Source of the DNA: Candidatus Peregrinibacteria bacterium CG_4_9_14_0_2_um_filter_41_14
GTDB lineage: Bacteria; Patescibacteriota; Gracilibacteria; UBA1369; UM-FILTER-41-14
Direction: 5' to 3'
Assembly: GCA_002788755.1 (NCBI GenBank)
Contig: PFRW01000063.1
Location: 13,339 to 77,338, forward strand
Length of the DNA stretch: 64,000 nt
The position numbers and the translations under genes were made by a program. Shown one piece after another: positions 37,819 through 46,724 of the stretch (position 1 is the first letter of the stretch; each line of letters starts with the position of its first letter). The notes below the pieces were generated by a model. That model was not told the DNA's origin and did not search any database. It worked only from the letters and a program-made list of their open reading frames with translations.

Positions 37819-39732
37819 CTAATCTATGTTCTTTTTTAATCGATAAACAATATTAGCAACTTCAATTCTACTCAGACCTTTATCGGGGGTCTCGACTAAA
37901 TCATAATCAATAAGCCCTAATTCTAAGCCTTCTTGTAAATATTTTGCATACCAACCATTTACATCGAGCACATTCTCATATTTACTATTTATTTGAGGAT
38001 CTACATCGATTTTCATGGCCGCAAATAACATTTTCAAAAACTCAACCACATTAACCTGCTCCGAAGGACGTAACATACCATCGGGATAACCATTAATAAC
38101 ACCATTTTTCAAAGCTACAGATACATAATCAATATACCATCCAGCAACATCCACGTCGGCAAATGCAACTTTTGTTTTTGGAACATCTAATTTAACCCCA
38201 ACACTCCCTAAAACAAATTTTAATGCTTCAACACGAGCAACAGGACGATCAGGCTGAAAAGACCCATCCGGATAACCATTAATAACGCCTTCCTTACGCA
38301 AATAACTCACAATTCCATTGTCACTGCTATTTGCCTCAACATCTGTAAACTCCTTAACAATTAAGGATTCGCTACCAATAACAAAAGTTTCATTTTTGAT
38401 ATTAAAGCGCAACCGTCCAGATTCTAAAGGCATAAATATTAATTTTGATTCACCATTTACAAAATTACTAGCCTCTAACATGCCATTAACAAAACGTGTT
38501 CGTACGCCATCAGTATCAATCTTTAACGGATCATTTGAAAAACGATAAGTATAGTCATATTTTGACCCATCAGCTTTAACTAGCAATAAATTTAAAACTG
38601 CTTGCTTATCAACAACCAAAGGACCATCAACACTAATTTTTAATTGCAAATCACCAATCATCTTAACCGTTACAGGTTCAATCACTAGGCTTGACGTCTC
38701 ATTTGGCACAACTGCAATAATCGGGGGAGTATTGATTTCCACTCGCTCAACCGGTTTTAAGGCTGCCTCCGTTTCTTTTATCGGCTCATTACTCACACTA
38801 TTTGCCATATATACTCCATCGGAATTTAACCATTTCTGCACCCAAACCATGCCATTAATTGTAAACTTACGACCATTATCAATCCCCAAACCTTTATTAA
38901 TGGAATCAACAAAATCCAAACCTGCATCACGCGACTCTTGACCAGTAAATGGCCAATATGGATGAAATCCCGCAGATTCTTTATCGATTTGGAAATGAAC
39001 ATGCTCAGTAGTTGCAAATCCGGTATCACCAACTAAACCAATCACTTGTCCTTTTTGCACGTGATCACCTTCTTTAACAGCAACCGAACTTAAGTGACTA
39101 TAACTCGCAAAATAGTTAACTGCAGCATCAGAATCTTCAAACGAAGGTACATTTGGCATCAACACAACAACATGATTACCAAAACCAGCATCCTGCTTTC
39201 CAACTTTAGATACAATACCATTAGCAATATTAACAACCGGTGTGCCCGCCAAAGCCTTAATATCAATAGCAGCATGACTTCCTACATTTTCCTTACCATC
39301 TAATTCATAATTACCTAAATAAGGTACTGAATAAGTAATTTTTGCATTACGCTTTGGATCACTATAACTAATTTCATTTGCCGGTACGGCCAATTCCTCT
39401 GATTTATAGGCAACAAGTGGCACTTTATATGAATCTGGGACATCTGCAAAATTAGCATCCCAATACTGTTCAGGCAAATTTTGCCAACTAATTGTTTGTG
39501 CCAATGGCATAACTGTACCATTAAACACAATATTCGCTGCTTTCTCATAAATCAGATTTGTTTGCAAGAAGCCACCACTATACTGTAATGAACCTAATAA
39601 ACTTACCAAGGCAAGAGAGATCACCGTTCCTTTTACTATATGGTTTTTCCATACCCCTGAAAGCCGAGATTTAACACTAACTAAATACTGTTGCATATAA
39701 TTTTTCTCATGTATAACATTTAAGTATACCAA
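37819..39732 (-). CDS. M23 (LytM-type) peptidoglycan endopeptidase with three C-terminal SLH domains
   Basis: 637 aa. M23 motifs HAAIDI, GNHVVV and GDTGFATTEHVHFQI. The C-terminus carries three SLH-like repeats (FTDVEAN...INGYPDGSFQPDRPVARVEA; FADVDVAGWY...INGYPDGMLRP; VLDVNGWYAKY...). Confidence 0.8.
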   Translation of the reverse strand: MVYLNVIHEKNYMQQYLVSVKSRLSGVWKNHIVKGTVISLALVSLLGSLQYSGGFLQTNLIYEKAANIVFNGTVMPLAQTISWQNLPEQYWDANFADVPDSYKVPLVAYKSEELAVPANEISYSDPKRNAKITYSVPYLGNYELDGKENVGSHAAIDIKALAGTPVVNIANGIVSKVGKQDAGFGNHVVVLMPNVPSFEDSDAAVNYFASYSHLSSVAVKEGDHVQKGQVIGLVGDTGFATTEHVHFQIDKESAGFHPYWPFTGQESRDAGLDFVDSINKGLGIDNGRKFTINGMVWVQKWLNSDGVYMANSVSNEPIKETEAALKPVERVEINTPPIIAVVPNETSSLVIEPVTVKMIGDLQLKISVDGPLVVDKQAVLNLLLVKADGSKYDYTYRFSNDPLKIDTDGVRTRFVNGMLEASNFVNGESKLIFMPLESGRLRFNIKNETFVIGSESLIVKEFTDVEANSSDNGIVSYLRKEGVINGYPDGSFQPDRPVARVEALKFVLGSVGVKLDVPKTKVAFADVDVAGWYIDYVSVALKNGVINGYPDGMLRPSEQVNVVEFLKMLFAAMKIDVDPQINSKYENVLDVNGWYAKYLQEGLELGLIDYDLVETPDKGLSRIEVANIVYRLKKNID

Positions 39733-39752
39733 AGAAAAAAGTAAATATCAAT

Positions 39753-40181
39753 ATGTCAAGCAAGCAATCCGCCATTCCTTTAAAAGAAATAGCTACTTTC
39801 ATTAATAGTAATTTCAATAAAGAACCCAAAATCTACTTGCTTTCCGGAGATCTCGGAAGCGGCAAAACGACGTTTGTTAAACATTTTCTAAACTATTTAG
39901 ATATCCCTACCATGTTAGCCTCCAGCCCAACCTACACACTCATACAAACCTACACTCACAACAGTAAAACCATCCACCATGTAGACTTATATCGATTAAA
40001 AACCCCAGACCAGCTCGAAGCACTAGGCATATTTGAATTACTAGATGACCAAACTGCCATTATGTTCATAGAGTGGCCAGAATTAATTCTACCCCTAAAA
40101 CAGAATTATACTCATCTTAATTTTTATCATACCAAATCATCCCAACAAAGACTCATTAACATTGAAGAAATAAGTAATTAA
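39753..40181 (+). CDS. tsaE: tRNA t6A biosynthesis ATPase TsaE
   Basis: 142 aa. GDLGSGKTTFVK, SPTYTLIQTY, HHVDLYRL, and IEWPE. Confidence 0.85.
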   Translation: MSSKQSAIPLKEIATFINSNFNKEPKIYLLSGDLGSGKTTFVKHFLNYLDIPTMLASSPTYTLIQTYTHNSKTIHHVDLYRLKTPDQLEALGIFELLDDQTAIMFIEWPELILPLKQNYTHLNFYHTKSSQQRLINIEEISN

Positions 40182-41779
40182 ACCAACTGTGCTAACAATT
40201 CCTTTGTTGGCTTATTAAATACACCAGCATTGTCATCAGTAAATGTCTGAATCAAACTAAAATCAACTTGAAACTGCATTAATGCATCTTCAGTAACATC
40301 ACCAAAATACTCGGTTGTATACACACCAGGGAAATAGCCCTTTTTCTTAAGGAACTCTTGCAGTTCTTTAACATCCTTACCACGCATACCCTTCTTTAAG
40401 TCTCGAGTTTGAGACACTAGTTGAGGTGCAACTTTAACTTTATTTAAACGATAATCTGCAAGTGCAGATGCCGTTTTCGCAGTCACAACACCAGCTTCTG
40501 CATCTGCCTCAGAACTAACAATACGCAATTTTTGCTGTAATTTAAAAACTGCATGAGTAGTTAAAGGACCAAAATAACCAGTTGGCTCAACTCTAAGATA
40601 ATGTAAGTCTTTTAATAAATTTTGTAATTCGACTACATCGTCACCAGAGTCTCCCTCTTTTAGACTAATTAATTCATCAGGTTCACTTACGATCTCAACA
40701 CTTTGCACCGTAAACCCTTTACCTACATCTAATTCATTCATCAGTTGACCTAAACGCGCTTGCGTCTTTGGCCCAAAATATCCAGCAGCTTGATCACTAT
40801 TATCAGCAATCACAGCTTCTTTTAACTGAAAACTCAAAACCGCTTCAACTGTCAAACGATCATAAATACCATTAATATCAACATCGTACCCGAGCAAATT
40901 TAGTGCTTCCTGCAATTTTTTAACTTCGTCACCAGTTGCACCAAATCCAAAACTACGACTTGGCACTTTTTCCCAATACCGCTCACGTCCAGCTGCTAAC
41001 AACAATTCCATACGGCCAATAGTTGTTGCCCCAAAAGATCCGGGGACCTCAACGCTAGGATTCTCAATTAAACCTTGAGATTGCTGAAACTTTAGTACGG
41101 CTTCTTTAGTCGATTCACCGTATTTACCATCTATCGTGTTCTTAAAATACCCCATATCTTTCAAAAACTGTTGTAATCGCTCTACACTTTCATTTTCAGA
41201 ACCAAGACTTAAGCTATTTTTAAATTTAAATGGATCTGGAGAAGCATTAGCTTTAACCACACTACCTTGCGCAAAAGTAACAGAATTACTTAACCCAGGA
41301 TCCAAACCGTAAACTGTAACTAAACAAGAACGTCTTCCAAACTGTAAGGCGCGAACCAACGCTTCCTCACCAAAACCAAACCAAATATCTAATCGATTCC
41401 CTTGAATTGCACCACCACGATCTGCAACCGTGGACATTCCCAAACCGGGAATAAACATTTTAGTTCCAAAAGGATACACAGAAGGCGCAGCCACCATACC
41501 GGGAAACACCGCCATACCACTCGCACCATGTACTCCATTTCCATTTAAACGAATATCCCCCGCATATGTACCCGTAGCGTACCTGCCTTGACCCGGCAAT
41601 GGTGAATAATAAGCAGAACAAATAGAAGCTTTCTCATAAGCCTGCCCTGTTGGCTCCGCCAACTCTAGCGAATCTACTGGCTCAATAGTTTGAGCTAATG
41701 CTGTGCCTGTACTAATAATTGATAATAATAATCCAATCGCTACTATCGTCCATTTTTTTGAAGCAAATAAAACTCGCAT
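40178..41779 (-). CDS. 3D-domain (MltA/RlpA-like barrel) cell-wall protein with four peptidoglycan-binding (PG_binding_1) repeats
   Basis: 533 aa. Signal peptide, then CSAYYSPLPGQ...STVADRGGAIQGNRLDIWFG, which is 3D-domain-like. Four repeats of the form V..LQ..L...GY....DG.YG..T..AV..FQ follow. Confidence 0.72.
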   Translation of the reverse strand: MRVLFASKKWTIVAIGLLLSIISTGTALAQTIEPVDSLELAEPTGQAYEKASICSAYYSPLPGQGRYATGTYAGDIRLNGNGVHGASGMAVFPGMVAAPSVYPFGTKMFIPGLGMSTVADRGGAIQGNRLDIWFGFGEEALVRALQFGRRSCLVTVYGLDPGLSNSVTFAQGSVVKANASPDPFKFKNSLSLGSENESVERLQQFLKDMGYFKNTIDGKYGESTKEAVLKFQQSQGLIENPSVEVPGSFGATTIGRMELLLAAGRERYWEKVPSRSFGFGATGDEVKKLQEALNLLGYDVDINGIYDRLTVEAVLSFQLKEAVIADNSDQAAGYFGPKTQARLGQLMNELDVGKGFTVQSVEIVSEPDELISLKEGDSGDDVVELQNLLKDLHYLRVEPTGYFGPLTTHAVFKLQQKLRIVSSEADAEAGVVTAKTASALADYRLNKVKVAPQLVSQTRDLKKGMRGKDVKELQEFLKKKGYFPGVYTTEYFGDVTEDALMQFQVDFSLIQTFTDDNAGVFNKPTKELLAQLV

Positions 41780-41924
41780 ACAAACAATTAAACAATATCA
41801 AATCCTTTTACTATACCATAATCCCAAGCACCGTGGATAAATTAGGTATTGCCAAAAAGAAGACTTATTACATAAATAAGCTTCGGAAATTATACACAAA
41901 ACTAATTTTTAAACAAGTAAGAGA

Positions 41925-44384
41925 CTAAATCTCCGCACCAATTCTTCGTATAATTTCTCGAGTTACAAACTCTGCATCACGACCATACTTTAAACGAGAC
42001 AACTGTCTAAACGCCTCAGCAACATCAGGATCACCTTTTTCGGCATAAGGATTTAAAGGGATAACACTAAAAGGACGACTTGGTTGCGTATCGATACTTA
42101 ACTTCATTACTGCTTTAAATTTATCAATGTTAATCAGATCTTGCTCTGTAAACACAGGTGACATTTCTCGCGCCATATACTCTGCATCTTGCGCACCAAT
42201 TTTATAACACATCATAGAACCAACGTTACCAAAGACGGCATTTTTAATTTTTTCGTCATTCTTTTCGCCAACTAACTGATTAATATACTGATGCGCCAAA
42301 TTAAGACTCAAACGGTACTTACGAGCTTCAGACAAAATCGATTCAATACTGTCTGTAATATAATTTTGAAACTCATCGATATATAAAAAGAAATCACGAC
42401 GATCTTCTTTGGCAATTTTCTGCCGTCTCAAAGCCGCCATTTGCAGCTTAGAAACAATAATCAAACCGAGTAACTTAGAATTTAGCTCACCAGTCTCACC
42501 TTTCGATAAATTCATCAACAAAATTTTTCCTTCCTGCATCACATTCGTAAAATCAAACGAAGATTTTTGCTGACCAATAATGTTACGCATCATTGTATTA
42601 GTAACGAAAGCACCAAATTTAGCTGCAAAGTAGGGGATCATTTCCTGCTTTTCTCGCGCTCCGGTATTGGCCATCTGATTCACCCAAAACGATTTCACAA
42701 TTGGATTTTTTACTTTTTCAACTTTTATTCTCTGAAATTCATCGTCTGTAAATAAACGAACAATATCAGTTATGGCTCCACCATCGGGGTCGTCCATTAA
42801 TGTTAAACAACCATTACGGAAATAATCTTGAATACGTGGACCAAACACTTCTTCGTTAAACAATTTAATCATAATATTCATCGCATCAGAAGCCACTAAA
42901 TCCTTTTCAGCTTCTGAATCAGCTTCCAACAAATTTAACCCCATAGGCCGCTCCAAATCAGCAGGATTAAAGTAAATGACATCATCTGCACGTTCGCGGG
43001 GGATAAAAGGCATAATGTCATCAATTAAGGACCCGTGGGGATCAATAACACATAAACCGGCACCATTACGCAAGTCTTGCCGAATCATACTTTGAAAAAT
43101 TGAAGACTTACCGGTACCGGTTTGCCCAATCACATAAAAATGGCGAAACCGATCCTCATTTTTCATACGCACTTCTGTTTTCTCACCACGATAAATATTA
43201 TGACCAAGCAAAATACCTTCTTGCGGCAAATTAGCTGGTGGTGGTGCCACCTTGTAATTTTGCCAAGCAATATTTGGCGTTTGATTATAACGAATATTCG
43301 GTAAATGAAACAATGACGTTAACTCTGTAGAAGACAAAATCATTTTTGGCATTCGTAGTCTATTAAACAAAGTTCGATTAAATTTACGCAAAACAAAATC
43401 ATAAACCAAACTCTTTAAATTTGTATACTTAACAACAGTAAAACCATTACCACTTGCATAAGAAAACTGTGTAAACGCACCAACAATCGAATCAATTGCA
43501 CCCTCGGTATCTCGCTTTGTTGGACCTGCAGTGACAACTCTTATGACAGTTTCAAATCCTACTTTGGTACTTTTTTCTTCCATCGCTTTAATTTCTTCCT
43601 CAGCAAGTTGAGTCATTCTACCTGCAGGTGAATCAGTACCTTCAAAAGCATCCGGCCCTTTAACTACAGCATTAAATAATGTCACAATCCATTTGAGAGG
43701 ATTAAGCCATTGCACCCAGCTACCGCCTTCTTTTTGATTAATTTTTTCTTGAGCCAAATCTCGACCTTTCTTTTGCCAATCATTAGTCATTGGCTTAATC
43801 ATAATTTGCAACGCTGCCCCCTCATCATCACCAATTTTAGAAAAAGCATTAGTTAAATTATTAAGCGGATCCGCATTTAAATATTCGTAAGTTCGCAAAG
43901 GCATAACAAACTCTTGACCCAAATTTAAATACCGACCCGACACCTTACAATTAGCCGAAAAAATATTATAGTCCGGCACTTCTTCCACGTACGAATCCGG
44001 ATAATAACTTGTTACAAGTTTTTCAATATAATCGGCAAGCTCTGGCGGTGTCACAATGTAAAAATAGATTTGCCCCTCTAATACAACATATTCTAAAGAC
44101 AAAAAATACTGTCCTTTAACCTTAGCAATCCATTTACTAGAGTAAAGACCATAAAGTGCCTCATAAAACTGTGTCATTACGCCAAGCGATTGCTTAAAAT
44201 CCTTAGCTTGATCATTTTGCTTTTCCAAATCTTCCTTGGACTCCTTTTTAGGAATCGCAACTCGCAAAAAAGTCATACGATAGCTACGCCTCAAATTAGT
44301 GTAATAACGCACAGCCAGTTTTAAACCGACCCCTATAACCAATAATAGAGCGATCGAAGCCAAAACTAGCAAAACAATTTCCAT
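41925..44384 (-). CDS. VirD4/TraD/TraG-like membrane-anchored P-loop ATPase (type IV coupling-protein family)
   Basis: 819 aa. N-terminal TM helix and a roughly 400-aa domain of unknown type. Walker A GQTGTGKSS followed by CVIDPHGSL, Walker B FFLYIDEFQNY, and RKYRLSLNLAHQYINQL. The motif order resembles coupling proteins, but HerA/VirB4-like alternatives are not excluded. Confidence 0.5.
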   Translation of the reverse strand: MEIVLLVLASIALLLVIGVGLKLAVRYYTNLRRSYRMTFLRVAIPKKESKEDLEKQNDQAKDFKQSLGVMTQFYEALYGLYSSKWIAKVKGQYFLSLEYVVLEGQIYFYIVTPPELADYIEKLVTSYYPDSYVEEVPDYNIFSANCKVSGRYLNLGQEFVMPLRTYEYLNADPLNNLTNAFSKIGDDEGAALQIMIKPMTNDWQKKGRDLAQEKINQKEGGSWVQWLNPLKWIVTLFNAVVKGPDAFEGTDSPAGRMTQLAEEEIKAMEEKSTKVGFETVIRVVTAGPTKRDTEGAIDSIVGAFTQFSYASGNGFTVVKYTNLKSLVYDFVLRKFNRTLFNRLRMPKMILSSTELTSLFHLPNIRYNQTPNIAWQNYKVAPPPANLPQEGILLGHNIYRGEKTEVRMKNEDRFRHFYVIGQTGTGKSSIFQSMIRQDLRNGAGLCVIDPHGSLIDDIMPFIPRERADDVIYFNPADLERPMGLNLLEADSEAEKDLVASDAMNIMIKLFNEEVFGPRIQDYFRNGCLTLMDDPDGGAITDIVRLFTDDEFQRIKVEKVKNPIVKSFWVNQMANTGAREKQEMIPYFAAKFGAFVTNTMMRNIIGQQKSSFDFTNVMQEGKILLMNLSKGETGELNSKLLGLIIVSKLQMAALRRQKIAKEDRRDFFLYIDEFQNYITDSIESILSEARKYRLSLNLAHQYINQLVGEKNDEKIKNAVFGNVGSMMCYKIGAQDAEYMAREMSPVFTEQDLINIDKFKAVMKLSIDTQPSRPFSVIPLNPYAEKGDPDVAEAFRQLSRLKYGRDAEFVTREIIRRIGAEI

Positions 44385-44410
44385 AAAAGTCCGAAGTTAC
44401 TTCCATATAA

Positions 44411-46183
44411 TTATACTTTATTTTCCACAGTTTTAATATGCATTTCTTCGACTTGAGCTTTTGGTAATTCTGAAGGCGCTCCCAACATTAAATCTTTTGC
44501 CCGAGAATCCTTAGGGAAAGCAATAACCTCACGAATATTAGGCTCATCACAAAATAACATCACCAAACGGTCTAATCCCCACGCAATCCCACCATGTGGC
44601 GGCGCACCAAATTTAAAAGCATTTAACATATGACCAAAACGTTTTTGCGCATCTTCATCAGAAATTCCTAAAGTTTTAAAAATCTTTGCCTGTAAATGTT
44701 GATTATGAATTCTAATTGAACCGCCACCAACTTCATTACCATTTAACACAAAATCATATGCACGGGCTTTGACTTTAGCAGGATCTTCGTCCAGCAAAGC
44801 AACATCGCTTAATTGCGGACTAGTAAAAGGATGATGCGCAGCCTGAAAGCCAAACACCTCATCTTCCTCAAACATAGGGAAATCGGTTACCCAGCAAAAA
44901 GCGTAAACATTGTCTTCAATCATATCCAACTTTTTAGCAACGGCCAACCTTACTTGCCCCAAAGCTGTACACGCTACTTCGTACTTATCAGCACCAAAAA
45001 AGACAATATCTCCGTCTGCCATTTTCACTTTATCTAACAAAGCTTTTTGTTCTACCTCTGTAAAAAATTTCCAAATTGGGGAGCGATACTCATCGCCCTC
45101 TTTAATTACATAAGCTAGACCTTTAGCATGATAAATCTTGGCAATCTCTGTAAATTCATCAATATCCTTACGACTAAATTTGGATCCACCCGGTACACGC
45201 AACGCTTTAATTGCCATACCTTCTGTTGTTGAGGCTGTTTTAAATACATTAAACTCTGTTTCCGTAAAAATATCGGTCACATCTTCCAACATTAATTCAA
45301 AACGTAAATCCGGTTTATCCGAACCATAGTTATTCATAGCTTCGTCCCAAGTTAAACGGGGGAATGGCTCATGTTGAATTTTTACATCCGGCCTAAACAT
45401 TTTCACTAAATGCAACATTAACCGCTCGTTGACATCCATTACATCTTCCTCATCTACAAAAGACATCTCCATGTCTAACTGCGTAAATTCCGGTTGACGA
45501 TCACCACGTTGGTCTTCGTCTCTAAAACAACGAGCAATTTGGAAATAACGATCAAAACCGGATACCATCAACAATTGTTTAAGCTGCTGTGGTGACTGCG
45601 GTAGAACATAAAACTTACCGGCATAAATACGAGAAGGCACCATGTATTCACGACTTCCTTCCGGTGTTCCTTTCACTAAAATCGGTGTTTCAATCTCTAA
45701 AAACTGATCTTTATCCATAAAATTACGGATCTCTTTAATCACCTCATAACGAACTCGAATATTTTTTTGCATCCGCTCACGTCGCAAATCCATGTATCTA
45801 TACTGCAAGCGAGTCTCTTCTCCTACTTCTTTTTCTACATCGATTTCAAATGGCGGTGTTTCCGACTCACTCAAAATTTCCAAATCAACAACGGCAACCT
45901 CAATTGTTCCACTTAAAAGGTCCTTATTAATCATCCCTTCCGGTCGCATTCGTACATTTCCTTTAATCTTAATCACATATTCACTTCGTACCGATTCCGC
46001 AACTTTATGTGCCGCTGGCGTATCACTTGGGTCAATTACAATCTGGGTCACACCATAACGATCACGCAAATCAATAAAAATTAGCCCGCCATGATCCCGA
46101 CGCCGATTAACCCAGCCCGACAGCATAACTTCCTGACCATCATTAGCTTTTGAAAGCTCACCACACGTATGAGTTCTTAACAT
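44411..46183 (-). CDS. aspS: Aspartyl-tRNA synthetase (bacterial type)
   Basis: 590 aa. MLRTHTCGEL, class II motif 2 FRDEDQRGDRQPEFTQLD, a GAD-type insertion, GGGSIRIH, and motif 3 GLDRLVML. Confidence 0.93.
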   Translation of the reverse strand: MLRTHTCGELSKANDGQEVMLSGWVNRRRDHGGLIFIDLRDRYGVTQIVIDPSDTPAAHKVAESVRSEYVIKIKGNVRMRPEGMINKDLLSGTIEVAVVDLEILSESETPPFEIDVEKEVGEETRLQYRYMDLRRERMQKNIRVRYEVIKEIRNFMDKDQFLEIETPILVKGTPEGSREYMVPSRIYAGKFYVLPQSPQQLKQLLMVSGFDRYFQIARCFRDEDQRGDRQPEFTQLDMEMSFVDEEDVMDVNERLMLHLVKMFRPDVKIQHEPFPRLTWDEAMNNYGSDKPDLRFELMLEDVTDIFTETEFNVFKTASTTEGMAIKALRVPGGSKFSRKDIDEFTEIAKIYHAKGLAYVIKEGDEYRSPIWKFFTEVEQKALLDKVKMADGDIVFFGADKYEVACTALGQVRLAVAKKLDMIEDNVYAFCWVTDFPMFEEDEVFGFQAAHHPFTSPQLSDVALLDEDPAKVKARAYDFVLNGNEVGGGSIRIHNQHLQAKIFKTLGISDEDAQKRFGHMLNAFKFGAPPHGGIAWGLDRLVMLFCDEPNIREVIAFPKDSRAKDLMLGAPSELPKAQVEEMHIKTVENKV

Positions 46184-46325
46184 ATTTTTTACAATTAAAC
46201 CTTTATATAACCTTAATTAAAAGCCGTAATCTAAGCAAGTTGAAATATTGTTAAAGTTCTAGCTCGATTTCACTCCTTTACAAAAACAAAAAGGCATGCC
46301 AAAATTGAGTACTTAATTTATAAAT

Positions 46326-46724
46326 ATGACTGAAATAATTACTAATATAGAAGACATTGCAGAAGGTGTATTAAGTGCCACAATTATTCGAATAGATGGA
46401 AAAGACCATTACGAAGTAGTTGTAAATGAAATGAAATTTACATCAGATTGCGCCGACCACACACTCGACACAAATGGCTACATTATGACAGGAACCAGAT
46501 ATTGGGTAATTGAAGGAAAAAAAGTAAAAGCACCAGAAAAAACATTAGAACAATCTGAACCATCAGGCATCACATTTATATGTTATGAAACTAGAAAGGA
46601 AGTCGCAGAAACACTACCACCAATTCCAGAACTCGGCCCAACACCAACGCTTGTTAAATGGACTGAAGAGATAAGCAGGATTGACGAATTAGATCCACTC
46701 TTCAATCCTTATCTACCCCGCTAA
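46326..46724 (+). CDS. Hypothetical protein
   Basis: 132-aa ORF filling the gap between aspS and dnaE. No recognisable motif. Confidence 0.4.
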   Translation: MTEIITNIEDIAEGVLSATIIRIDGKDHYEVVVNEMKFTSDCADHTLDTNGYIMTGTRYWVIEGKKVKAPEKTLEQSEPSGITFICYETRKEVAETLPPIPELGPTPTLVKWTEEISRIDELDPLFNPYLPR

